Part shown: piece by piece, positions 38,661 to 49,847 of the stretch
How positions within the stretch are numbered: the stretch's first letter is position 1
Layout of the letters: each line of letters starts with the position of its first letter
DNA from: Octopus vulgaris
Lineage: Eukaryota
DNA: 64,000 nt
NCBI GenBank assembly: GCA_951406725.2
Contig: OX597825.1
Span: forward strand, 46,686,001-46,750,000
Reading direction: 5' to 3'
The notes under the pieces: generated by a model
What the model saw: only the letters and a program-made list of their open reading frames with translations
The model's database searches: none
Told to the model about the DNA's origin: nothing
Position numbers and translations under genes: made by a program

Positions 38661-38938
38661 AGCTAACAGCTGAAATTTTATCTTATGCTCCGATTTGCAG
38701 TTATATATGTTCAAGCATGTACATATGCATATATATATATATATATATATATGCATATGTACATGCTTGAACATTGTTGAACTATGTCACCTGTTAATCT
38801 CATAAATAGGTTTGTGTAAACTTGTATGTGGACTGTGAAATCAATATGTATGTAGTGTGTGTGTGGGGATGGGGTGGGAGTAAATGAAGAAAATATAACT
38901 GCAAAGCGGAGCATAAGATAAAATTTCAGCTGTTAGCT
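38661..38938. mobile_element. MITE-like inverted repeat with a nested palindrome
   Basis: agctaacagctgaaattttatcttatgctccg / cggagcataagataaaatttcagctgttagct; inner palindrome atgttcaagcatgtacatatgc(at)n gcatatgtacatgcttgaacat at about 38707-38774. Confidence 0.65.
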
Positions 38939-39455
38939 AAGGGTGTATATATGAGACACAAGAAATTTATACCTGAGTTTTGTCAAAGTCATGAAGTGAT
39001 GCATTAAATATTCACTTATAGTAGAGTGGTTTAGTGGTTAGTTGTCATATGTATCAAACTATTACCCAGAACTAAATTCGTTTGGCCTGATAAGAAATGG
39101 GGACATTGTGATAGTGTAATAAAAAAAAAAATAAATGTGATAGTGGAAAAAGAAAACTTGAAGCACTGGTTTATATTCCTCCTCTCTTTGTTTATATTTT
39201 TCCTTTTCTTGAACTAGTGAATTTGTCATTCCAGATAATACTGTCCACTCTATATGTCTTCATCTGTTCCTCATATTGCCACTTCCTGTGATCATCTCCT
39301 CCTCTTTACCTTCCTCACTAATATATTAGAGAGGTGGGTGTTATTTGTGAAAACTTTATAAATTGCTCTAATGATATTTGATAGAACTAATGAGGTGAAA
39401 CTCAATTTTAAATATTTTACTAATAAAAATTTTAATTTTTATTTTCTGCTGTTAG

Positions 39456-39647
39456 ACAAAATATTGATGATGGAATTGAGACTGGAGCTGCTTTTGCTGT
39501 CTTCTACAAAGGGAAGCCAGTGGTTGACTTATGGGGTGGTTATGCAGACAGAACTGTCCAGATACCATGGAGGAATGATACACTAACTGTTATATTTTCT
39601 GCATCTAAAGGTGTTGCTGCTATATTGCTTGCAAAGTTTGTTGAAAA
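39456..39647 (+). CDS. Beta-lactamase domain protein, coding exon 2 (catalytic SxxK)
   Basis: Acceptor gttag; QNIDDGIETGAAFAVFYKGKPVVDLWGGYAD..PWRNDTLTVIFSASKGVAA..; donor AA|gtaaga; phases match (2/2). Confidence 0.95.
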
Positions 39648-40806
39648 GTAAGAAATTACTTTAATATCAACGTAGTTTACTTTATTTTCTAACTTTAATT
39701 TTACAATTTGCAGTGTTTTAGTAATGTTTATAAGAACATTTCTGGTAGTTTTCATTAAATATTATAGGAGGCACTGATATATTCCATCTTCATTAAAATT
39801 AGTAATGTTCTTATATATGCTGTTGCTACATTAGCTGACTTTATTTTTCATACTGAGGTCATAGTAAATGCATACCTAAGTTTTTTATGTTACACACAAA
39901 TAATTACTGAACTTTCTGAGACATATTCCTTTAACTCCTTACCTTCATGTACTAATAATCAACTACAATTAAATTTGGAAATTAATCACATTATGTTCAC
40001 CTAAAAATATTTATTCTCTGTTCTTGGAAAGTAGTAAAAAGTTATTGTAACTGTTAATTTCTCTCAATGAAGCATTACAATGGATCAAGTTGATGAATAA
40101 CTTCTTTGAGTTATGAAAAATTTTGTTAAATATATATTAAAAATATATCATGTTGCAGTTTGAAAATACAGTGTAATGAAACAAAACAATGAATATGTTT
40201 ATCCATTATGAATAGTGATCAAATTATAAATTCTAGGAATAATTTCTAAAATAAACAAAATTAGAATACCTAGACAGTTTAAAACACTCAAGGAAACTCA
40301 TTTTAAAGCTAACACTATCTGATTAAAACAGAATAAAAGAAAATTTTATAAAACATCAACTTTAAAACTAACATTTGATTTTAGTTAGAGATAAAATTGT
40401 ATCAATACACTAGTGATGTGCAACTTCTGTTTGTACCAAAACCAGTACTTTTCTAAGGAATCCTTATATGTCCAGTCAAATGTATTTTTAGTCCTAAAGG
40501 GAAGGACACTCTAGGGAAAGTCACCAGTAATGGTAGCAACTTAATTGCATGCTATTAAGAACTAGAGAGGGTGAGGTAGAATAGTCCTTCATTTATACAT
40601 ACACTTATATTTTGGGGGTTGTTGAAAGCTACAAGATTGTCATATCCCTATTGTAGAAAGTATATTGTATCAAAGTAGTGCAGGTTTCATGTGAAGTCTA
40701 AATTGCGTATGAGTATGCATGTTTAGAGGTGATACTAAATAGGTCATCAATGTACAAGATGAGTGTGGGTGACAGTCTTAAGGAAAATTCAAATTGATAG
40801 CTCAGT

Positions 40807-40840
<34 letters not shown>

Positions 40841-41099
40841 GAGAGAGAGAGAGAGAGAAAATTGTAGACCTAGCAGAGAACTGAATCCAATTCATAGACC
40901 AAGAGTTTAGTTGGGAAGTCAAATGTTTTATTAATGTTGAGTGTAATGATATTGTTTCCACTAAACTTTTCAAAAGAGTTATAGATAAGCGCCACTGGAA
41001 AGCAGGTTCTCAGTTGATCTAGCTTCATGGAAACCATACTGGTAGTCATTGAATAAAACATAAGGAAATATTGAAAACAAGGTTAGACTTGAAAGAAAT

Positions 41100-41910
41100 A
41101 AAGTCAGTATGCTTCGCTTGATGTGCAATGTTAGTGTGCATATTCAACAGAGTATAAGCATCTTGAGAGGAAAAATTAGGCATAAGAGGCATCAGATGTG
41201 GTGTGCAAGAGAGACAACTATGTTGGTATGGTCATGCAATGCATATGGACAAGGATAGCTGTGTAAAGAAGTGCCGATCTCTAACTGTGGAGGGAACCTG
41301 TGGTAGAGGTAAAGTAAACCCAGGAAGGCATGGGATGAAGTGGTGAAGCATGATCTTTGAACTTTGACCCTCACAGAAGCAATAACTAATGGCTCAAACC
41401 TTTGGTGATATGCTGTGCTTGAGAAGACCTGTTAAGCCAAGTGAAAGCATAGTCATGACTGATGTTGATGTCACGTAACTGGCACCCATGCTGGTGGCAT
41501 GTTAAGAGCACCGTTTGAGCATTGGGCCTCACAGAGGTAAAGTGGGTGAGTTCCTTTCACACATTGGACCTCACGGAGGCAAAGGGGCTGAGTTCCTTTC
41601 GAGTGTTGGGCCCCATGGAGGCAATGATCAAGACCTTTGGCATTATGTTGTGCTTGAGATGTAGAGCCATGAAACTGTGCAAAATTGCAGTCATGGCAGA
41701 TACCAGTGTTATGCAAATGGTACCCATGCTGGTGGTATGTAAAGCACCCATTACACCCTCAGAGTGGTTGGCATTAGGAAGGGTATCGAATTGTAGAAAA
41801 CCACACCAAATCAGACTGGAGTCTGGTTCAGCCTTTCAGCGTGCAAGCCTGGTCAACTGTCCAACCCTTGTCAGCATGGACAACAGACGTTAAATGATGA
41901 TGATGATGAA
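41100..41910 (+). mobile_element. RTE-LINE 3' fragment with internal repeats
   Basis: cccaggaaggcatgggatgaagtggtgaagcatgatct (PRKAWDEVVKHDL), 3'UTR and (GAT)n tail. Confidence 0.75.
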
Positions 41911-42214
41911 GGTGTTAGAGAAATTGATTGTTAACCATAGTTCCCTAAATGTGTATGTCTATCTACATATATGTGTGCATGTGTATATGTGTGTGTGTTT
42001 ACGTATTTTTCACTTGTTGGTGATGTCTTGTACATAATGTGTATCATATATATATATACATACATACTAACCAGAACGATTATATTATGCACACTACCCA
42101 GATCAATAGTCTTTTAAGCATTTTAGTGCTAAGGCTGTGACCATGCTGGGACACCACACACACACACAAATCTAGAAATGGAGTTAAACATAGGTGCTAT
42201 TCAAATTTTTATTC

Positions 42215-42930
42215 TTCCCACACATGTTTCGAAGAAAACCTTGGTATTATTCCTGAGGGAATAAAATGATGTAAAACAATGTAATCATCTGATCAGGGAA
42301 AAAAGAGAAACAAAACACATCAATAAACCATTTTAACCGAATGTGATTACCGCGTATATGATGAAGGGAACATTGGCCAGTTATTTCTTAAAAAACTGTT
42401 AATAGATTTAATGTCAAAGGCAATTTGGAGAAAGAAAAAGAGGAGAAAGAAAGAAAGAAATTAATGGAAGATTAAGAGTGGATAAATATAATGCGATAGA
42501 TGAGTGGAAATAAAGCTTAAAAGCATGTAAATAGATATATGTAGTGGAAATAAAATGTAAGAAGACAGATAAAAGTCAAATTTTATAGCTTGGTAGAAAT
42601 TACTTATAGGAACTAAAGGTATGTTTTTGTCAATGTTTGCAATAATAAACATGTTCTTTAAACATGTTTACAAGAGAATTCTCTGAGAACAAAATGAGAT
42701 ACTGTTCTTCGTTACAGAGCGGACAAAAAGATTTACCTTTATCATACAGAAAGGATCTAGATAGAATATTCCATTCCAAATCAAGTTGTTTATTATGTTC
42801 CTTAAGAGACCAAATTAATTTACTAAGCCCAGTATTGCTGCATTTATTGATATGTCTAAATGTAGAGTAATGGTTAGATATTGTTTTGGACAACTGAGAT
42901 GTTTTACCTATGTAAAAAAAAGACATCAGA
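42215..42930 (-). mobile_element. PLE 3' fragment (GIY-YIG plus pLTR)
   Basis: FYIGKT..NHYSTF..TGLSKLIWSLK..WNIL..CPLCNEE. An inverted copy of its 3' region lies at 43630-43738 and about 46390-46555. Confidence 0.75.
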
Positions 42931-43031
42931 ATGGGAAGTAATTTTACATTGATAAATAGAGTTTCTAGTCTTAGAACTACTGCTAAGGAAATGAATGTGA
43001 TTGAAATTTATATCAGAAATACTAATATCGT

Positions 43032-43234
43032 TATTATTTACATTATTTATTTTTGATGGATATTTGTCCTCATCTTGTTTGTTGTTAACACAACGTTTCA
43101 GCTGATATATCTTCCAGCCTTCATCAGATGTCTTGGGGAAATTTTGAACTTGGGCTCTCTTGGGCATATGGTGTAGTGGTTAAGAGTACGGGCTACTAAC
43201 CCCAAGATTCTGAGTTCAATTCTAGGCAGTGACC

Positions 43235-43268
<34 letters not shown>

Positions 43269-43455
43269 TAACATCAAAAAATACCATAGGAATGAGAACC
43301 CAGGTTCAAAATTTTCCCAAAACACCTGATGAAGGCTGGAGGGTATATCAGCTGAAACATTGTGTTAACAACAACAAGATGAAGAGAAATATCCGTCAAC
43401 TATAAATAATGTAAATAATGTACATAATTCCTGATCTTTTAAATATAGAACTGTA
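43032..43455 (+). mobile_element. tRNA-headed short element with a hammerhead-like 3' part and an upstream inverted copy
   Basis: A box tggtgtagtgg and B box gagttcaattc (43169-43222), (TAA)n, then aacac-CTGATGA-aggctg..cagct-GAAAC-att-gtgtt (43321-43366). 43032-43159 is the reverse complement of about 43293-43419. Confidence 0.7.
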
Positions 43456-43738
43456 TTGTTATTATTGTTCAAAGAATGGTTAATGTTAATATCAATGTTA
43501 TTAATTTCATTAAGTGGATTTGTATTTAACAACTTATTGTTATGTGATGAGATGATTTATGAAAGGTTTTTGGTGCTTGAAAACTATATTCTAATTCGGT
43601 GTGAACTGATAATTAATTGTTGATAATTTATCGTTTATTGTTACAAACATTGGCAAAAGCATACATTTAGTACCTATAAATAGTTTCTACCAACCTATAA
43701 AATTCAACTCTTATCTGTCTTCTTACATTTCATTTCCA

Positions 43739-46380
43739 TCATCATCATCATCATCATTTAATGTCTGATCTCCATACTAGCATGGGTTGGACGGTTCGAC
43801 CGGGGATCTGGGAAGCCAGAAGGCTGCACCAGGCTCCGGTCTTATCTGGCATTGTTTCTACAGCTGGATGCCCTTCCTAACGCCAACCACTCCGTGAGTG
43901 TAGTGGGTGCTTTTTACATGCCACCTGCACTGGTGCCAGGCGAGGCTGGCATTGGCCACGGTCGGATTGGTGCATTTTACGTGCCACCTGCACAGAAGCC
44001 AGTCGAGGCGGCACTGGCTTCGGCCACGATGCGGATGATGCTTTTTACGTGCCACCGACATGGAAGCCAGTCAAGGCAGCGCTGGCATCGGCCACGATTC
44101 GGATAGTGCTTTTTACATATCTCCAGTCCAGGGGTCCTGGCATCTGCCGGGTGCCAGTCATAGGATTGGTTCAATTTCGATTCCGATTTCACTTGCCCCA
44201 ACAGGTCTTCGCAAGCAAGACCTGTCGTCGGATGAGGTTCGATATTGACTTTGCTTGCCTCAACAGGTCTTTGTGTGTCCAAGGGAGGAAAGGCATGCAT
44301 AAGTGGGCTGGACTTACTTGTCCTGCCTGGTCTTTTCACGCACAGCATATTTCCAAAGGTCTCGGTCGCTGGTCATTTCTTCAGTGAGACCTAAAGTTCG
44401 AAGGTCGTGCTTCACCACCTCGTCCCAAGTTTTCCTGGGTCTACCTCTTCCACGGGTTCCCTCCACTGCTAGGGATTGGCACTTTTTCACACACCTATCT
44501 TCATCCATTCTCGCCACATGACCATACCAGCGCAATCGTCTCTCTTGCACACCACAACTGATGCTCTTTAGGTCCAACATTTCTCTTAGGGTACTAACGC
44601 TCTGTCGAGCATGCACACTGACATTACACATCCATCGGAGCATACTGGCTTCATTTCTCGTGAGCTTACGCATGTCCTCAGCAGTCACGGCCCATGTTTC
44701 ACTGCCATGTAGCATGGCTGTTCGTACACATGCATCATACAGTCTGCCTTTTACTCTGAGCGAGAGGCCTTTAGTCACCAGCAGAGGTAAGAGCTCCCTA
44801 AACTTTGCCCAGGCTATTCTTACTCTAGCAGTTACACTTTCAGCACACCCACCCCAACTACTGACTTGGTCACCAAGATAACGGAAGCTATCAACTACTT
44901 CTAGTTTTTCCCCCTGGAAAGTGACGGAAGTTGTTTTCTGCAGATTTTCAGAGGTTAATGCTCCCGAGCATCTGCCACATACAAAAACCATCTTCCTAGT
45001 TAGCCTTCCTTTGACATTGCTGCACCTCTTATGTGTCCATAGCTTACACTTGGTGCATCTTATAGAGTTTCTACCTACACCTTTTCTACAGATTGAGCAG
45101 AGCCATCTACCTGAAGGCGTTTGTGATTTGTCTACCTTCCTACTTATTACGACTTTGGTTTTAGCTAGATTGACTCTAAGGCCCTTCGATTCTAAACCTT
45201 GCTTCCACACCTGAAACTTCTCCTCCAGTTCTGATAGTGACTCAGCAATTAGAGCAAGGTCATCAGCATAGAGGAGCTCCCAGGGGCATCCTGTCTTGAA
45301 TTCTTCTGTTATTGCCTGGAGGACTATGATAAATAGGAGGGGGCTGAGGACTGAGCCTTGGTGGACCCCAACCTCTACCCATAATTCTTCACTGTACTCG
45401 TTGCCAACCCTCACCTTACTAGCAGCGTCCCTGTACATGGCTCGCACAGCTCTCACTAACCATTCATCTATCCCTAGTTTCCTCATTGACCACCAGATGA
45501 GGGATTGGGGGACCCTGTCGAAGGCTTTCTCCATGTCAACAAAAGCCAGGTACAGGAGCTTATCTTTGGCTAGGTATTTCTCCTGCAGCTGCCTTACCAG
45601 GAATATAGCATCAGTGGTACTTTTCCCTGGCACGAACCCAAACTGCATCTCATCTAAACTAACTCTCTCTCTAATTAGTTGGGCTATGATCCTCTCTGTA
45701 ACCTTCATCACCTGATCCAACAGCTTGATACCTCTGTAATTATTTGTATCTAGGGCGTCACCTTTACCTTTGTAGCAGTTGACTATTATGCTGCTACACC
45801 AGTCATTGGGTATGACTTCTTTGTGTATCACCTGATTAACTATACGGGTGACTAGGCTATAGCCGACACTACCAGATATTTTGAACATCTCTGCAGTGAT
45901 ACCTGATGGGCCTGGGGCTTTCCCTGTCTTCATGCTTCTAATTGCCTTAACTACCAAGGAACTATCAACTCTGATAGCTGGTCCCTCTGTTGGGTTGACA
46001 TTCGGCAGACTCTCTTTATCCCATTCATTTTCTTTATTCAGCAACCTTTCATAGTGGCGTCTCCAAACCTCTCTCTTTGCATCCTCATTTAGCGCAAGGG
46101 AACCATCTTCCATGCGAGCACACTTCTCTCCTACCACATCACAATTCTCTCTCACACACTGTCTTGCAACGCGAAACACCTCCAGTCTTTGGTCCTCACG
46201 GCGCAGAACATTGGCAAATTTTTTCTTATCTGCTTCCCCTCTGGCTAAATACACCTGTCTCCTAGCTTCCCTTTTAGCAGTCTGATACAATTCCCTGCTA
46301 CCACCATTCTTCCAGTGTTTCCAAGTCTGTCTCTTTTCTCTAATAGCCCTGTCTACAACACTGTTCCACCACCACGTAAC
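43739..46380 (-). mobile_element. 5'-truncated RTE-clade LINE with an open RT frame and a long repetitive 3'UTR
   Basis: (CAT)n tail at 43739; 3'UTR with tandem gtgctttttac(a/g)tgccacc units; uninterrupted ORF. Confidence 0.92.
44314..46380 (-). CDS. RTE ORF (RT with embedded PHD-like finger); the endonuclease is lost to 5' truncation
   Basis: NYRGIKLL, QFGFVPGKSTTDAIF, FVDMEKAFD, VGVHQGSVLSPLLF, LYADD, FRYLG, LRWYGHVARM, RGRGRPRKTW. No stops over about 690 codons. Confidence 0.85.
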   Translation of the reverse strand, partial: VTWWWNSVVDRAIREKRQTWKHWKNGGSRELYQTAKREARRQVYLARGEADKKKFANVLRREDQRLEVFRVARQCVRENCDVVGEKCARMEDGSLALNEDAKREVWRRHYERLLNKENEWDKESLPNVNPTEGPAIRVDSSLVVKAIRSMKTGKAPGPSGITAEMFKISGSVGYSLVTRIVNQVIHKEVIPNDWCSSIIVNCYKGKGDALDTNNYRGIKLLDQVMKVTERIIAQLIRERVSLDEMQFGFVPGKSTTDAIFLVRQLQEKYLAKDKLLYLAFVDMEKAFDRVPQSLIWWSMRKLGIDEWLVRAVRAMYRDAASKVRVGNEYSEELWVEVGVHQGSVLSPLLFIIVLQAITEEFKTGCPWELLYADDLALIAESLSELEEKFQVWKQGLESKGLRVNLAKTKVVISRKVDKSQTPSGRWLCSICRKGVGRNSIRCTKCKLWTHKRCSNVKGRLTRKMVFVCGRCSGALTSENLQKTTSVTFQGEKLEVVDSFRYLGDQVSSWGGCAESVTARVRIAWAKFRELLPLLVTKGLSLRVKGRLYDACVRTAMLHGSETWAVTAEDMRKLTRNEASMLRWMCNVSVHARQSVSTLREMLDLKSISCGVQERRLRWYGHVARMDEDRCVKKCQSLAVEGTRGRGRPRKTWDEVVKHDLRTLGLTEEMTSDRDLWKYAVREKTRQDK

Positions 46381-46762
46381 CTTGGTGGTAAGAACCATCA
46401 TATATACAATAATCACATTCGGTTAAAATGGTTTATTGATGTGTTTTGTTTCTCTTTTACCCCTGATAAGATGATTACATTGTTTTACATCATTTTATTC
46501 CTTCAGGAATAATACCAATGTTTTCTTCAAAACATTTGTCGGAAGTATAAAGATGTGAATAACTCCTGTGTTTAACTCCATTTCTTAATATCTATGTTAT
46601 TTAAAAACATTTCACTAAACCCTGGAATTTCTGCCTTTATAAGTAGGCTGTAACATCCTTGGCACTTATGTGAATTTTTGCTACACTGGTAACTATTTAT
46701 TTCTTTCTTCCGTGTTATTTCTACACAAAAAATACACATACATTTATATATACATATACACA

Positions 46763-46817
<55 letters not shown>

Positions 46818-46819
<2 letters not shown>

Positions 46820-47212
46820 TCCTTTATTCTGTTACTTGTTTCAGTCATTTGACTACAGCCATGCTAGAGCACTGTCTTCAGTCGAAAAATCAACCCCGGG
46901 ACTTATTCTTTGTAAGCCTAGTACTTATTGTATTCGTCTCCTTTGCCAAACCACTAGTTACAGTGATGTAAACACACCAACATCGGTTGTAAAGCGATGG
47001 TGGGTGGACAAATACAGGCACACAAATACACACATACACACATATATATATATACGACAGGTTTCTTTCAGTTTCCGTCTACCAAATCCACTCACAAGGT
47101 TTTGGTCAGCTCGAAGCTATAGTAGAAGACACCTGTCCAAGGTGCCATGTAGTGGGACTGAACAAGCAACCATGTGGTTGGAAAGCAAGGTTCTTACCAC
47201 ACAGCCACTCCT
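46818..47212 (-). mobile_element. SINE, same family as 20760-21145
   Basis: Colinear similarity (cttgtttcagtcatttgact...ccaaatccactcacaagg...gtgggactgaac). Confidence 0.8.
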
Positions 47213-47619
47213 ATACACACACAAGCCAAATTGATTACATTCTCACCAGACACCAAGATGCATGGGAACGAGATGAACCGGAAGGAATGGGCTGTGATGT
47301 CAATGGTCAAGGGGTCCCACTGGAACAGGAAAGGGGAGAGAGGAAGTGAGGGAAGCAAGATCAGAGTCATCCTTTTTTGACCTGGGGCAGTCGTGGTGAA
47401 TGGACAGGAATGGAGTGAGCTAGCGGGCATTGGTAGTAGCAGTTGCTAACATTAGGTGAGATGGGTGGGGCATGTGTTTGGGCTTAACACAATTGGGCAG
47501 CCAACAATGAGAGGTTGGTGAACCATATTTTATTCCTTGCATTACAGTTACCTCATACCACAAGCTGTTTCAGCTCTCGTATATAAATATATTTTTCCTT
47601 TGATGTTGTCCCCTTCCAT

Positions 47620-48410
47620 GAAATGGCAGTGAAGATAAGAATTGGTAGTGATACTGTCAGACCTTTCTATTGTGAAGGAAATGTAATCACCTGGATCTGG
47701 TGGTGGCCAGGCTACAAGGCATCAACAATGTAGCAGGTCTTATGGCCCTGTACCTGGACGGAAGTGTGTTGGCGTTGTACCTCATGATAGATGAGGAAGA
47801 CCAACCAAACATGGCAAAGATTGAGCAGCACTTGAGGGAAGCCTATATGGAGGGAATGTATGCCGTGTTTGCTCAGCTGGGAACAGTCAGGTGGACTGGA
47901 GAACAGTTTGACAAATATGCCACAGAAGTTCAGAGACTGGCCATGCTATCCAGTTCTACTGGAGAGGCTCTAGAGAAGGTGGCATGACTGTCCTTTGTAA
48001 ATGGCTTTCCCGGCGAGATATTGGTGCAACTGCAACAATAGCCATTTAGCGAGAAAATGGCAATGAGCAAGTTCATTGCTCAAGTCCATGTGTTGAGACA
48101 AAACACCAGGCAGAGGCAGTGGCAATGGCAGCTGTGGACGCCTATGAAGTAGTGCACTGACCAGTAAAGAATGAGGAGAAAAAAACTACCATAGAGCACA
48201 CATGGCAAGGGACTGCACAAAGACGAAGCCTGGTCCCGTTTGTTACTGGTGCAGGCAGACTTGGCATATCGCTCGAAACTGCAGCCAGAGAAAAGGCCAA
48301 AGGGAAGTTGCTGCCTCTCAAACTTCCTCTGCAAGCAAGTAGAAGGGGACGAGTAGTGTTCAGGTAGTTGACAGCAGCGAAGTTGGATGTAAAGGTAGCA
48401 GAAATGTGGA
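47620..48410 (+). pseudogene. LTR-retrotransposon gag fragment
   Basis: ALYLDGSVLALYL..IEQHLREAY..VRWTGEQFDKYATEVQRLA..FVNGFP resembles a Gypsy gag; disrupted. Confidence 0.55.
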
Positions 48411-48414
48411 GATA

Positions 48415-49790
48415 GCAGTGAGGTAACTGCAGGAGATATACTGGGCCAAAAATAAACCTCTGTTTCTGGCTTTTGTTGACATGGAGCAAACCATTGACAG
48501 GATTCCCTGCTCCCTTATCTGGTGGACAATGCAGCAGCTAGGGATAGATAAATAGTCAGTGAGAGCTGTGCGAGTCATGTACAAGGATGTCATTAGTAAA
48601 GTTAGTGTCACCAATGAGTATAGCAAGGAGTTTAGTGTACAAGGAGTCCACTAGGGGCTGGTTATTATCCCTCTCTTATTGATCATGGTCCTCTAAGCTA
48701 TAACTGAAGAATATTCAATTGGCTACCCCTGGGAGCTCCTCTATGCTGATAACCTTGTTCTTATTGCTGAATCACTACCAGAACTAGAGAAGAAATTTCA
48801 GGTATGGAAGCAAAGCCTTAGAGTTAATGTAGCAAAGACCAAAGTATTGATGAGTTGGAAAACAGACAAATCAAAAAATCCTTCAGGGAGCAACTCCCTT
48901 AGGTGTATCCAGTGCAAACTATGGACACATAAGAGATGCATTGGTATCACTGGACAACTAATGGAGAGGGTAATCTTTACCTGTGGCAGATGTACAAGTA
49001 CATTAAACATCAGGAATTAAAAAAAATAAACACCTTTGTATGGCAGGTGGGATCCCTAAAAGTAGTAGACAGTTTCTGTTACTTGGGTGACTAAGTTAGT
49101 AGTGGAGTGGTTGTACCAAAAGCATAGCTGCTAGTATAAGAATAGGCTGGGCGAAGTTCAGAGAACTACTGTTGGTAACAAAGGGCCTCTTCCTCAGAGT
49201 GAAAGGCAGGTTGTATGATGCTTGTGTACAGACATTTATGCTACATGGGCTGTGACTACTGAGGATATGTGAAGAATTGAAAGAAATGAAGCCAGTATGC
49301 TTTGCTGGATGGATGATGTCAGTGTGCACATATGACAGAAATAAGTGATTTGAGAGAAAAACTAGGTATATGTAATATTTGATGTAGTGTGCAAGAGAGA
49401 AGACTGCGCTGGTAAGGCCATATAATGCATATGAGTGAGAACAATTGCATAAAGAGGTACTGATCTCTAATTGTAGAAGGAACATGTGGAAGGGGTAGAC
49501 TCAGGAAGATGTGGGACAAACGACACACCAAGCTGAGCAAAAGCGTGGTTGCCCTTGTGTCCAGGCTCATTCCTTGCAACCATCTCCAGCAGAGCATCCC
49601 TAATCTTGTGGGCTCATAAGTGCTGTGTAATAGCACCCAATACACTCTGTAAAGTGGTTGGTATTAGGAAGGGCATCCAACCATAGAAACCATGCCAAAC
49701 AAGACATGAAACCTGAACAGCCCTTCAGCTGGTCAACTTGTCAAACTGTTCAATCCATGCTGGTATGGAAAACGGATGTTAAATGATGAT
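48415..49790 (+). mobile_element. Decayed RTE LINE, 3' half
   Basis: QLQEIYWAKNKPLFLAFVDMEQTIDR, PWELLYADN, RVKGRLYDACV, then 3'UTR ending gatgttaaatgatgat. Inverted relative to the RTE at 43739-46380. Confidence 0.8.
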
Positions 49791-49847
49791 AGTATATACA
49801 TATATATTTACATTCTTACCACTGTATATATATATATATATATATAG

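Noticed and set aside
43162-43232. Possible tRNA gene
   Set aside because: A and B boxes are present, but there is no proper acceptor stem and it runs into (TAA)n; treated as a SINE-type head.
43900-44130. Regularly spaced repeats resembling a CRISPR array
   Set aside because: The spacers are similar to one another, the context is eukaryotic, and the array is part of the RTE 3'UTR.
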